Assembly (NCBI GenBank): GCA_964016885.1
Contig: OZ024762.1
Coordinates: 20,956,001-21,020,000, forward strand
Source: Eledone cirrhosa
Lineage: Eukaryota
Direction of reading: 5' to 3'
Length of the DNA: 64,000 bases
In this document: positions 28,300 to 42,266 of the stretch, piece by piece
Layout of the letters: every line of letters starts with the position of its first letter
Numbering within the stretch: the first letter of the stretch is position 1
Program-made: the position numbers and the translations under genes
The notes under the pieces: generated by a model
Seen by the model: the letters and a program-made list of their open reading frames with translations, nothing else
Databases searched by the model: none
What the model was told of the DNA's origin: nothing

Positions 28300-28805
28300 A
28301 ATGTATATAAGTATATGTGTGTGAGTATGTGTATCGTTAAACTGTCACTGTTATAATTAGATTTGCTGATTATCAGATTATTGTAAATCAAAGATGGCTT
28401 TTTTTTGTGTATGTATATATATATATGTGTGTGTGTGTGTGTTGTTTTATTTGTGTGATCACCAGATAAACAGCAATATCTTTGTAAGTTTTCAGTGATT
28501 TCTTATATTTACCAACAAGAGGTGACACGTTGGCAGAGTGGCTGGAGCTTCAGACATGCCTTTGTATTAGTATCACTTCTCAGTGTGCTCTGAGTCCAAA
28601 TCCCAACCAAGGTAGACTCTTCCTTTCATCTTTTCAGTGTTGATAGAACAAAGTACCAGTCTAGGAAGGGGCAGTGGATTGGCAAAATTAAAGTTTTGGA
28701 TGGGTTGCTTTATCTTCTGGCTCTGCATTCCGAGTTCAAATCCTGCTATCTGTCACTTGAAAAGTGGTGATTCTCCTGCCAAGATTTGTAACTAACAGTT
28801 TCAGC

Positions 28806-29230
28806 TATGGAAAGACCAATGGCAGCATTGTTTCCTTGGTCTAGTCTGCCAGGAGTTATGACCAACAGATAGTTGCAGCAGTGGAAAGACCAATGGCAGC
28901 ATTGTTTCCTTGGTCTAGTCTGACAATCAAGTCATTTCTTCTGCCAGGAGTTATGACCAACAGATAGTTGCAGCAGTGGAAAGACCAATGGCAGCATTGT
29001 TTCCTTGGTCTAGTCTGACAATCAAGTCATTTCTTCTGCCAGGAGTTATGACCAACAGATAGTTGCAGCAGTGGAAAGACCAATGGCAGCATTGTTTCCT
29101 TGGTCTAGTCTGACAATCAAGTCATTTCTTCAGCCAGGAGTTATGACCAACAGATAGTAGCAGCAGTAGAAAGATTAATGGAAACATTGTTTCTTTGGTC
29201 TGGTCTGATAATAACCTCCTTTTTTTCTGC
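28806..29230. repeat. 95-bp minisatellite
   Basis: GTGGAAAGACCAATGG recurs at 28881, 28976 and 29071. Confidence 0.95.
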
Positions 29231-29315
29231 TGGCTGTGACCATGAGAAAGTATCAGCAATGGAAGCATAACATCCTTAGTCCGACATGACAATCGGTTTC
29301 TCTTTCTCTCTTTGA

Positions 29316-29367
<52 letters not shown>

Positions 29368-30668
29368 TTTTCTCTCTCTACTTTTTTTTTTTTCTTTACA
29401 ACATTATTTATAGACTCTCAGTTCATTCCTTCACTTCCTTCCATCCCTCCTCCTTCAATAAATCATTCCATTCAAAGGTTTTGGTCCTTTATAGTTCTGC
29501 TTTACATGGAATCAACCAAAAATAAAACATGCAAATTACATTCTTGAGGCACTTTTGACATGAAAGGATGGAAGTGATGAAGAATGGGGAGGATTCTTTT
29601 TGACATGTAACCAAATATACACCCCAATCCACTATCCCTACCCAATCCTCCCAGTCCCACCAACACCACCCTCTCTCTGTAAAGTTGGTACCACAACATC
29701 CAGTCCAAATAAATGAGATAATGATATCGAGATCATGTAGGTGTCATGAGAAAATAAACACACAGTCCACGTTGTAATGTGGCCGTGTAGGTAACACGGT
29801 AAAAAGTTCCTAGTTCCACACTGTAAACGTGGTTGGTGTTAGGAAGGGCATCCAGCTGTAGAAAACCTGCCAGATAGTCCTATATGAGCGAGACACGGTC
29901 ACCCAACCAACCTTGCCTCAAGTGGGATAACTCTCATCTAACCCATGCTAGCTTGGAAGATGGACGTTAAACGAAGATGATGATGATGAAGGGCAGGGTG
30001 ACTTATCTAGTGTTGGCACCACAATAAAATTCACCCAGTACATCCTGTAAAGGGCTCGATCAATTGATGAGCACACAGGGTAGGAAGGGTTTTTTTGTCT
30101 TGTTGAGATCATGATAACCTCTCTAGTGCTGATGCCATGATAGGGTGTACCCAGTACACTCTGTAGAGTGGTTGGCATTAGAAAGGACATCCAGCTATAG
30201 AAATAATTGTTTCTACTTTAGGCACAAGGCCAGCAATTATCCAGTGCATTACTGGTACTTTATTTTATCGACCCCGTAAGGATGAAAGGCAAAGTTAACC
30301 TCGGCGGGATTTGAACTCAGATCGTAAAGGGACGTAACTATGCTGGAAAGCATGGCGTCCGACCCTCTACCAATACTGCCAATCCACCGCCAGTAGAAAT
30401 AATAGAAATAATAGCTAAGAATTGGAAGATGTGACATATGGTTCTCTGATTTGTCTGAGTAGGAGGAGAGCAATTCCAAATAAGAACTGACTTGGAAATT
30501 AGCAACATGACTTACATACACCAACATGGAAGATGAACCTATAATGAATATATAGAGCAATAACATAGATACGGTTAGATAGGTAGACAGATATATCATA
30601 GATAGATACAGATAGCTATCTAACTAGATAGAGAGATTGACAGACACACAGTCAGATAGATAGATAAA

Positions 30669-31300
30669 TTTCTTTATTAGCCACCAGGGTACAAAAGAAG
30701 GGGACAAATACAAATGGGGAGTTTACATACAGGTATATGAAAATAAAACTATTAATACAATAACAAATAACAATTGAAATCCCCAATAGGGGGGGAGGTG
30801 TTACACAGGGGTTGTACACACCCCGAAAAAATGTACAACCCTCATCTCCAGAAGCTCCAAGAGTGAGTACTCCTCTCCTCTCTTCCTCTTTTTCCTCAAC
30901 TTACAGGCTTATATAGAGAGAAGGCCCAACCACTCGGGCCATTCTCGCCACTTTCACCCACCTTTTATAAAAGTCAGATAGATATGTTTCTTTATTAGCC
31001 ACAGGGGCACAAAAGAAGGGGACAAATACAAAGGGGGAAGTTTACATATAATAAAAACATGTAAAATATTATCACAAATGCAATTTAAAAAATAAGTCGA
31101 TTTTCCCCAATAGGGGGAGACAGTTCATATGGGTAACACATGCCCCCGAAAAAATGTGCAACCCTCATCTCCAGGAGTACGATGAGTTTGTACTCCCTTC
31201 CTCTCCTCCTCCTTTTCCTCAACCTACAGGCTTATATAGAGAGAAGGCCCAACCACTCGGGCCATTCTCGCCACTTTCACCCACCTTTCATAGTCAGATA
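30669..31300. repeat. Two diverged ~320-bp direct copies (probable retroelement 3' ends) within a GATA tract
   Basis: TTCTTTATTAGCCAC...CCACTTTCACCCACCTTT occurs at both ~30669 and ~30987. Confidence 0.75.
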
Positions 31301-34142
31301 GATAGAGAGGTAGACAGATATATCATAGATAGATAGACACAGCTAGCTAGCTAGCTAGATAGATAGATTGACAGGCAGACAAAATGGTAGCGACAACTAG
31401 GATACAGGCAGGCAGGCAGATAATTTGTTAGATGGACACAGATAGATAGGTAAATAGATAGACACAATGATTGATCAATAAATAGACAGACAGAAGCATA
31501 GATATATAGACAAACTGATGGACAGAAGCACAGATATAGACAGATGGAGAGACAGAAGCATAGATATATAGACAGATAGACTGAGAGACAGAAGCATAGA
31601 TATATATAGACAGATAGATGGAGAGACAGACAGAAGCATATCTATATATCATAGATTGATAGATGGATAGACAGATGGAAGCATAGATATATAGATGGAC
31701 AGATGGATAGACAGACTAACAGAAAAGCATAGATATATAGACAGATAGATGGATAAACAGATTGTGAGACAAACCGATAGATACATAGTTGGTAGTTAAT
31801 GACCTGGTGTTCTAACTTAACACAAAAACATTGACTACTTATATAAGTAATTGATATTTTCACAGCAGACGTCAATTAGATAGTCTCTCTCGCTCTCTCG
31901 TTATCTTTCTTTTCACCAAACAGCTGAAGCCATATTCATCGTTCGTTAAACCATTACTGACTCTAACTCACTGTAAACTACATTCCAGATATTATAACAT
32001 CTCCGTATTTTTTTCCTTTTGTTTCGTTTGTTTTTTTGTGTGTGCTTTTATTAATGTATTTCTTGTGTTGTTGTTGTTGTTATTTGTGGTTTTGTTGTTG
32101 TTGTTTTTTGTTTTGTTGTTTCTATGTTAAATTTACTGTTCCATCTAAGTCATGTATTGAACACAGTAAATGATATATGTACAGAGAATTGATTGATTGG
32201 CACTTCAGTCGAACTATTCTTAATTTGAATATCTGGAGATCTGTTCAGTCTTAATGCAGAAACTCTAAATCAGAGGCTTGTTTGTTTGTTTGTTGTTGTT
32301 ACTGTTGTTTTGTTATTGTTATTAGCGTGTGCTGTCCACTGGAGAATTAGAATGTTGATAAGAATAACAACAACAACAGCAACAACAAAACTAAAATCAA
32401 CAACAACAAAAAAAAAACAGAAGAAATTAATAACAATTTTGTTTTATTTGACACAAGCTTAATTCTTGTCAGAAACTAACTTAGGTGTCACATATATAAA
32501 TATTCAATCAGCATCATTATTGTTTTATTTTGTGTTATTTTTTACTACATCTGCCTTTCTTTTTTCATTGTATTAAGGGTTAGATGTGACTTATTGAGGC
32601 AGTATTTTGTGGCCTGATGTCCTTCATGTGATGTCTCATGTCTTAGTGGTTAGAGTGCTGGGCTTACAATCATGAGGTTGTGAGTTTGATTCTCGGACCA
32701 GGCTTTGCATTGTGTTCTTGAGCAAGGCACTTTATTTCACATTCCTCCAGTTTACTCAGCTGTAGAAATGAGTTGCGACGTCACTAGTGCCAAGCTGTAT
32801 TGGCCATTGCCTTTCCCTTGGACAACATCAGTGGTGAGGTGAGGGGGAGGCTGGTAATCATGGGAGACTGCTGGTCTTCCACAAACAACCTTGCCTGGAC
32901 TTGTGCCTCGGAGGAAAACTTTCTAGGTGCAAATCTCATGGTCATTCATGACCAAAGCGTGTCGTTACCGTTTTTTTATGTCCTTCCTGGTACTGCATGT
33001 GCTGCGATGAAAGAAAAATGAAAAGGCCATGCTCACACAACACACATGAAAGGTGTTTAGATGAAGTGATGCCTGTGCTTGAAGCTTTTTTAGCCCTTTA
33101 GCATTTAAACCAGCCAGAATTCTCTCACCTCTTTCTGTTCTAACCAGCCATAACTGGCTGCTCATACTTATGTTAAGGTATTGTTCTCAAAATAAATATC
33201 AAAATCTCATAGATTCGATATTATATGAGATAATTATGAGAGAGAAAGTGTTACCATGAAAATACAATAGTAAATATGGAGTAATGTAAATGCTAAAGGG
33301 TTAAGTGAGGAAAGGCCTTGCATTGGACCAATCCCACTCTCTGAACAACAATGACAGGAATCCCAAAAGAAGAACAGGCCAACATCTATGGCTACCATCA
33401 TGTCACACGTTTTACATCAGATTTTTTTTATTTCTCCTAGAATGATGTCCTAACAAAAACAAGGGGTCTCTCACTCCAAGTGGGTTAATTGTGCACTTGG
33501 GCACCAAACCTAGTATTTCCATGTCATCATACACACAAACATAGTCATTAGCGGCCATTCTTAGCATTATCTCTTTCATTTATGGCGGTGATTTAGCAGT
33601 ATCGGTAGAAGGTCGGACGCCATGCTTTCCAACATAGTTACGTCCTTTTACGATCTGAGTTCAAATCCCGTCGAGGTTAACTTTGCCTTTCATCCTTACG
33701 GGGTCGATAAAATAAAGTACCAGTGATGCACTGGGTGATTGCTGGCCTTGTGCCAAACGCAGAAACAATTATCTCTTTCATTTATACAATAAATAGACAA
33801 AGCATTATTTAAAGAATTTCCCCACTTTAAATCATATTTAGTTTAATCTAGTGAAACACTGAAACTATCAAATCTTATTAGAAGCTTATTTAAGATAGAC
33901 AACTTTTATCATTCTTTGAATTAAGAATTCTTATAAATACAATTTCAGAAATATTTGCATGGTTTTAGTTGTACTGTAAGGAATTATTTTTACTATTTTT
34001 AATCAAATTTATTCAACACTGATACAAATGAATTTCCTTTATGTTGATTTCATATATATATATATATATGTGTGTGTGTGTATATATATAAACACACACA
34101 CATAAATAATGGATGTTAAATGATGATATACATATATATATA

Positions 34143-34184
<42 letters not shown>

Positions 34185-34227
34185 TATATATAAAATATAT
34201 ACATATATATATATATAAAATATATAT

Positions 34228-34278
<51 letters not shown>

Positions 34279-34681
34279 TATATATACTTACATATATATA
34301 CTCATGCTTATTTTCAAACCATCCTATTTTCTCATCATCTTTGTGTATCTATCTTTTTCTTTCTCCCCCCTCTCTCTCTCTCTCTTTATATCTTTCTCTC
34401 TCTCTCTCATTATGTAGGAGAGATTTCTATTTAAACCTCTCCAATGATTTCAATGATGTTTAACATTAGCACAGCCATCATCACCATCACTATTTTATTC
34501 TCTGTTAATTTGACTGTATTCCTTTCATATCTCCATTCAATTGAGTTATCTCATTTTTGTAAGCTTACATTCTCGATCAACAATGGAACCTCTTTGAAAT
34601 AACAGCTAGAAATAACAGCTAAACTTCCCTTAGCCCTTTAGTATTTACATTACTCTATATTTACTATTGTATTTTCATCGT

Positions 34682-34929
34682 GAAGGCACATGGCTTAGTG
34701 GTTAGAGCATTGTGCTTGCAATCGAAAGGTTGTGAGTTCAATTCTCGGACCGGGTGATGTGTTGTTTCCTTGAGCAAGACACTTTATTTCATGTTGCTCC
34801 AGTTTACTCAGCTGTAGAAATGAGATGATAGGATTGGGGTCCCTATCATTAAGTCACCCAAGACACCTCCAACGAGATATACCTTGGCGGAGGCCAGCTA
34901 AACCTGCATAGGTGTGAGCTGTCACACAC
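34682..34929 (+). mobile_element. SINE family B variant nested in a TTAA MITE
   Basis: Same head as 6338, (CA)n tail, flanked by the apparent TSD ATTTTCAT(C/G)GT at 34671-34681 and 34930-34940. Confidence 0.8.
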
Positions 34930-35359
34930 ATTTTCATGGTAAATACTTTCTCACATAATATTGAATCTTCGAGATTTTGAAGTTATTTATTTTGAGAACA
35001 ATACCTTAATATCAGTATGAGCAGTTGGTTACGGCTGGTTTGAACAGAAAGAGGTGAAATAATTCTGGCTGGATATGGCTGGTTTAAATGCTTAAGGGTT
35101 AAATCACTACCTTCCTTTGTGAAAAAAAAAAGTGCACATCAGATAATTTAGTCCTAGATATAATATATCTAAATAAGATGTGTTGGTCACAGTTAGAATG
35201 TCTTTGATCATAGATTTGCTTAATTAGAACTAACTCTGTGCTAAACAACAATTCCCATATGTTTTCTTTAATAATTGGAGCTCTTCAAATTATTTCAATT
35301 CTTCTATTCTCTCTCTTAGAATGCTGTTGCTTACATATAATGTAATAACAATACTAAAT

Positions 35360-35960
35360 AGTTTATCTGGTAAGTGATTTGATCTGAGACACTGTGTTAA
35401 AACTAAGACAATTACTGTGTGGATGAGTCATTTTAGCCACAGTTGTATGTGTCTGGCAAGTAACTTGATCTGAGATTGTGTATTAAAACTAAAACAATTA
35501 CTGTGAAGTCATTTTAGCCACAGTTGTACATATCTGATAAGTGAGGTGATCTGAGATCAGAGATCATGTATTAAATCTAAAACAGTTACTCAATGGAAGA
35601 GTCATTTTATAGCCACAGTTGTACATGTCTGGCAAGTAACTTGATCAGAGATCATGTATTAAATCTAAAACAGTTACTGCATGGAAGAGTCATTTTATAG
35701 CCACAGTTGTACATGTCTGGCAAGTAACTTGATCTGCGATCAGAGATCATGTATTAAATCTAAAACAGTTACTGCATGGATGAGTCATTTTATAGCCACA
35801 GTTGTACATATCTGGCAAGTGACTTGATCTGAGATCAGAGATCATGTATTAAATGTAAAACAGTTACTGCATGGAAGAGTCATTTTATAGCCACAGTTGT
35901 ACATATCTGGCAAGTAACTTCATCTGAGATCATGTATTAAAACTAAAACAACTACAGCAT
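35360..35960. repeat. ~80-bp diverged minisatellite
   Basis: Repeated ctggcaagtaacttgatctgagatcatgtattaaatctaaaacagttactgcatggaagagtcattttatagccacagttgtac. Confidence 0.9.
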
Positions 35961-36845
35961 AGAAGAACCATTTTTAGCAATTTAAAACACATAAAAACTG
36001 TTAACATTATTTTATATATATATGTATCAATGAAATTGAATCAGTTCCACAAGTTGCAAACAGCACGACGAAAATTTTGACACAAGGAAATAAATTATAT
36101 AAATATATAAAGTTAAATATTTTTGTATTCTTTTTTTAAATGGCTAAAAACGACACTATAAAATTGACTTAACGAAATCTTTTAATTAAAAAAAAAAGCA
36201 AAACACACAACATACAGAATAATTCTATTAAAATTTAAATTAGTAAAATTCTGATAATTTTGATGGAATCTGATGAAATGAAATTCATATAATAATAAAT
36301 AAGTTAATATTTTCTCCATCTTCATTCTGTAGAAGAATAGAATAGCTTTGATATCTGCAATCATGTGAAAGATTCTAGATTATTTAAGATTATTAGATTA
36401 GGGAAAATAATAATTCTCTGCAACAGACTTTTCATATTTTTTTTCTATTTGACATGAACATTTTAATGTAAAAATTATTGAAAACAAAAATATTTTTACC
36501 TCCATTTTATTATTTTTATTAGTATTTTTTTTTTTTAATTCAATTATTTTTTTCTAGAATATTTAATAGTTTTATTAGTGACATCAAGATAATGTCACAT
36601 TCCTTGGAACTATTAGCAGAATATGTCAATCAGTATTTCCTATAATAATGGTAACAAAAGATATATATCAGTCAGTTTAATGTTTTGGTTAATGAAAATA
36701 TTAGTCTTTCAATGATAACTTATAATGATGGAAACATGTGGCACCTGGGTCCCATCTCTCATGTAGTGAAATGTTATGGGATATTTATCATGTTATATAC
36801 TTCATGTAGTAATGTATTTTGTGTGTTCTACAATGTCGTCTTTGT

Positions 36846-37365
36846 ACTATAGTGTGTCTGGTGTAGTAAGGTGTGTTCTATAGTGTGTCTGGTGTAGTAA
36901 GATGTGTTCTATAGTGTGTCTGGTGAAGTAAGATGTGTTCTATAATGTGTCTGGTGAAGTAAGATGTGTTCTATAGTGTGTCTGGTGAAGTAAGATGTGT
37001 TCTATAGTGTGTCTGGTGTAGTAAGATGTGTTCTATAGTGTGTCTGGTGTAGTAAGATGTGTTCTATAGTGTGGCTGGTGAAGTAAGATGTGTTCTATAG
37101 TGTGTCTGGTGTAGTAAGATGTGTTCTATAGTGTGTCTGGTGTAGTAAGATGTGTTCTATAGTGTATCTGGTGAAGTAAGATGTGTTCTATAGTGTGTCT
37201 GGTGAAGTAAGATGTGTTCTATAGTGTGTCTGGTGTAGTAAGATGTGTTCTATAGTGTGTCTGGTGAAGTAAGATGTGTTCTATAGTGTGTCTGGTGTAG
37301 TAAGGTGTGTTCTATAGTGTGTCTGGTGTAGTAAGGTGTGTTTTATAGTGTCTGGTGTAGTAAGA
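36846..37365. repeat. 31-bp minisatellite
   Basis: Unit ctatagtgtgtctggtgtagtaagatgtgtt. Confidence 0.96.
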
Positions 37366-39372
37366 CAAACATGATATACCGCAGCTCTCTCTCGTCACGT
37401 GTTACATGAGTGAAGCAGAACATGGAAGATAAATATTTCTCTATATTCATTCGAGTAGCAAAACTTAGATTTGACAGCCACTAACTACAACCCCCACTAA
37501 TTCTACTGACACCTCCACCACCAATACCACTGCCACCAACATCACCACCACCAATACTACTGCCACCAGCAACACCACAACCACAACTACCATCACCAAC
37601 ATCACCACCACCACCACCAATAAATCCACCGACACAACACCACCACCAATAAATCCACCGACACAACACCGCCACCACTACCAACACCACCACCACCAAT
37701 AAATCCACCGACACAACACCGCCACCACCAACATCACCACCACCACCACCACCAACATCATCACCACTACCAACACTACCACCACTGCCACCACCAACCC
37801 CACTACCAACACCGCCACCACCACGACTACCAACACCGCCCACCACCACGACTACCACCACCACCACGACTACCAACACCACCAACACCACCACCACCAC
37901 CAACACCACCACCAACACCACCACCAACATCATCACCACTACCAACACTACCACCACCACCACCACCACTGCCACCACCAACCCCACCACCACCACCACC
38001 ACCACCACCACCACCACCACCACCACCACCACCACTGCCACCACCAACCCCACCACCACCACCACCACCACTGCCAGTGACGTTTTTAAATCCAATGCTG
38101 TGCGATTAATTCAACTATCATTTCAAGTAGAGAACAGCCAATTTGATCTCCATTCCTCCACTTCTCAAACCTACCAATTCTCAGCTAATCCCATTTTCTC
38201 AACTAACAGAAAATCAATATTTTTCTCTGATGTTTTCATAAGTACTCGATGTTTACCCAGATTATTCCTAACATTTCCTTAAAAATATATTACTTATCAT
38301 CATCATTATCATCAATATTATTATTATTTGGCTAATAAAAGAAATCGTCATCATTATTATAAACATCATTATCATTGCTATTTATTATTATTTTCATTAT
38401 TATTTTCATTATTATTATCATCATTATTATCATCATTATCATCATCAATATTATTATGATTATTTGGCTAATAAAAGAAATTGTCATCATTATCATATTA
38501 TTTTTATTATTATTATCCTTATCATCATTATTATTTTTATTATTATTTTTATTATTATTATCCTTATCATCATTATTATTATTATTATTTTTATTTAGTT
38601 TTATGTCTTTTAATATCTTATCGTGACCAATTTTACAGATATCATGTTTACAGTTTAACAATACGTCTTGTGATGCACACACATTTACGTGATTGAATAT
38701 TTAAGCTATTTTGATGACTCCAGTTCTGTATTCTCTACTGCAATCCAGTACAGCTTTACGGTAGGGAAATAGCATACCGAAGATCTATACTATGTACCAT
38801 CGATTCTATCATGGTAGAAGAAATAAAAAAAAATCAATAATATACATATTGACCTTTATTCTATAAGATAATTTTAATGTGGATTATCTATTTTATGTTA
38901 TATACAAAGGCAAAAAGTAAAACAAAACAAAACAAAACCAAAACATTTTCTGTTCTATACAGAAGCAAAAGGTAAAGGCATGTGGTCTAGTGGTCAGGGT
39001 GTTGGACTTACAATCATAATGCTGTGTGTTTGATTCCTGGACCATGTGGTTGCATTGTGTTCTCGAGCAAAACATTTCATTTCGTGATGCTCCAGTACAC
39101 TCAGCTGAAAAACTTGTCTAGCAAACAGGTGTGTGGGTTTGACCCCCCCCCCTCCTCACGTGTGCTGATGGTCATTTTTTATTTTTTTTTTTCCATTCAG
39201 TGAGTTTATATGATCTATAATTAGACTGTTTTCTGTAATAAAAAAAAAAATACACCGAAAGTTTCTAATTCAATTTTCATAACGATACGTCTACGGTGTG
39301 ATAATATTGATGACCACATTGGTATTGAGTGCTCAAACTAATGAACCGATAGTAATTAAACTATACACAAAG

Positions 39373-39557
39373 TCGATAGCTGTATAACAAAGTGCAGGGC
39401 AATAAAGATAGACGGTAGCCACGGAATAGGCAGACCTAGAAAATCCTGGGACGAGCTGATAAATTCCGACCTCACACACTTACACCTCTCCAAGACAATG
39501 TCACTGGACCGAGACCTTTGGCGGTACTCAGTAGTAGAGAAGACCCGCCTTACCTAA
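39373..39557 (+). mobile_element. RTE LINE 3' fragment
   Basis: DSCITKCRAIKIDGSHGIGRPRKSWDELINSDLTHLHLSKTMSLDRDLWRYSVVEKTRLT*. Confidence 0.85.
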
Positions 39558-40314
39558 ATACATAGTAAAACCTACTACAGCCAGTAGGCATCTCTAACAA
39601 AATACACCCCCGTCCCACCACCCACACCCCCATCCACACCACCCCCTCCTATGTAAAGTTGTGTTGGTGCCACAACATCCAGGCCGAAACAAATGAGATC
39701 GTGTAGGTGTCACGACAAAAAAACACACAGTCCACGCTGTAATGTGGCCGTGTAGGCAACACGGTAAAAACCTCCCAGTCCCACACTGTAAATGTGGTTG
39801 GTGTTAGGAAGGGCATCCAGCTGTAGAAAACCCACCAGACAGTCCTATGCAAGCGTGGAACACGGACGTTAAACGTTGATAATGATGATAACACCAATAA
39901 ACAATCATCATCATCATTGTTTAACGTCTATTTTCCACGCTGGCATGGGTTAGACGGGATTGTCCGACTTGAGGCAAGATTGGTCGGGTGACCGTCTCTC
40001 ACTTGTATAGGACTGTATCTGGCAGGTTTTCTACGGCTAGATGCCCTTCCTAACACCAACCACATTTACAGTGGGGAGCATTTTTACCATGTCCCCTACA
40101 CATTTACATATATATGTGTGTGTGTGTGTGTGTGTAAATGTAAAGTGTTGTCTCGAAATTTGAGTTCAAGTGTGTGTGTATTAGAATTTATAGAATGAGA
40201 AACTCAATGCAAAGAAATAGTAAATTGTTGTCAATGATGTTGGGTAAAAAAGTTTTTACCCAACATCATTGACTACATTTTACTGTTTTGGCAGTTTTCT
40301 TTGCATTGATTTTC

Positions 40315-40349
<35 letters not shown>

Positions 40350-41127
40350 GTTTAACGTCCGTGTTCCATGCTTGCATGGGTTTGGACGGGAGTTTTCCCA
40401 CTTGAGGCAAGAGTGGTTGTCTTGCTCGCATAGGACTGTCTGGCGGGTTTTCTACAGTTGGATGCCCTTCCTAACACCAACCACATTTACAGTGTGGGAC
40501 TGGGACGTTTTTACCGTGTTGCCTACACGGCCACATTACAGCGTGGACTGTGTGTTTTTTTTTCGTGACACCTACACGATCTCATTTGTTCCGGCCTCAT
40601 ATAAATAAGTTTGCATGTATGATGAATGTATTCAGTCAATCCTGGAAGATTTAGAGATGACTAAATGTATACAAGTATATAGTGATAATGTAATATATAT
40701 ATATATACATTTTTATTACATCATCAGTACATTTTCTGATTACACATGTTTCACTAATAGACCCTCACAGATCCTCAATTTGGCCATCTTAGAATGGCTG
40801 ACTGTATATACACATTCTGCTTTTTTCTCAGTCCATCCTCTTTTCATTCTCCATCTTTCTATTACATCTATTATTTCCCATTCTATATTCTGATAAAAGA
40901 GTCTTTATGTTCGAAACATAAAGACTCTTTTCCTACTATATCAAGCATTAAACAAATATTTCTTCATTGTACTATTGATAAGACTATTGATGTAGTGTAT
41001 TGGAATTCGAATTCCCTGGAAACAAACATCAGATTAGTAGTTCTAGATGTGCTCACTTACATATTAACAAAACAAGTGTCAGTTACATAATAAATAGTAA
41101 TCCTTCAATTGCAAAATCGGTGTATTC

Positions 41128-41161
<34 letters not shown>

Positions 41162-41313
41162 TCATCATCATCATCATCATTTTACGTCTGCTTTTCCCTG
41201 CTTGCAAGGGTTGGATGGCTCCTATCCAGCACAGCATCTTTCCACTTGTCACGGTCCTTTGTCATCTCCTAGGTGAGTTTCAGCGATCTGAGGTCTGCTC
41301 TCACCACCTCCGC

Positions 41314-41348
<35 letters not shown>

Positions 41349-41640
41349 TATATAGAAGGAGAGAGAGGGAGTCTGCAGTGCTGAGACCGAGGAGACGACT
41401 AATCATGGGAGTACTCAATGTATGGTGAGATGCAGAGTGGGTATAGAGATATGTAGAATCTCGACTGCGACACCAAGCAGTTTCAGCTTGTGTGTTCAGC
41501 AAGCCTTTTCAAACACAAACCAGAACCACTGAGCACAGCTGTCAAGACTTTATATATATATATGTCTTGACAGCTGTGCCCAGTGGTTCTGATACGATCA
41601 ACACCATAAACACAGAGCTGGCATATCTAAGAACTGACTA

Positions 41641-41696
41641 ACTGCCTGATGAGGTCATAGCCATTCAGTGGCTATCATCGAAATATATATAGCAGT
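41641..41696 (+). ncRNA. Minimal type I hammerhead ribozyme (PLE-type)
   Basis: ACTGC-CTGATGA-[GGT C ATAGCCAT tca GTGGCTAT C ATC]-GAAA-TATATA-TA-GCAGT. Stem I is 5 bp, the core is intact, stem III is palindromic, and AATAAA follows at 41698. Confidence 0.85.
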
Positions 41697-41737
41697 AAAT
41701 AAAGGATTATGAGTTCATGCAATTGACTTGTGTTTTG

Positions 41738-41784
<47 letters not shown>

Positions 41785-41969
41785 GCTGCCTTCACACACT
41801 ACAACAGTTTTTTTACAGGCAGTCCCCAAATCAAATTTTAATTTGCTCCGGCCGTTTCGACAGCTAGCTGACGGGGTCCTGACTCTTTTCCTTTGACCCA
41901 CTCTACTACCTTAAGTATTGAGTACTCTGGTGCATTATGGTCCACCTGGTTCCTTACCACACTTCCTTC

Positions 41970-42016
<47 letters not shown>

Positions 42017-42266
42017 TCACTCACTCACTCACTCACTCACTCACTCACTCACTCACTCACTCACTCACTCACTCACTCACTCACTCACTCACTCACTCAC
42101 TCACTCACTCACTCACTCACTCACTCACTCACTCACTCACTCACTCACTCACTCACTCACTCACTCACTCACTCACTCACTCACTCACTCACTCACACAC
42201 TTTCCATTTTGTTTCATGCACCTGTTTAAATTTATTATGTGTTTGTTTTTCTTTGTATATTTCCAG

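Noticed and set aside
32123-32178. Possible pre-miRNA hairpin (ATTTACTGT/ACAGTAAAT)
   Set aside because: Only 9 contiguous AT-rich pairs, and no match to any conserved miRNA I recognise.
35320-35369. Pseudo-exon with a good acceptor and GTAAGT donor
   Set aside because: 50 nt would shift the frame between exons E and F, and the donor is part of a minisatellite unit.
36265-36300. CTGATGA-AAT-GAAA hammerhead-like motif
   Set aside because: Only 3 nt separate the core halves, so stem II cannot form, and stem I is not convincing.
36846-37365. 31-bp repeats of CRISPR-like length
   Set aside because: Contiguous units with no unique spacers, no cas genes, and a eukaryotic intron context.
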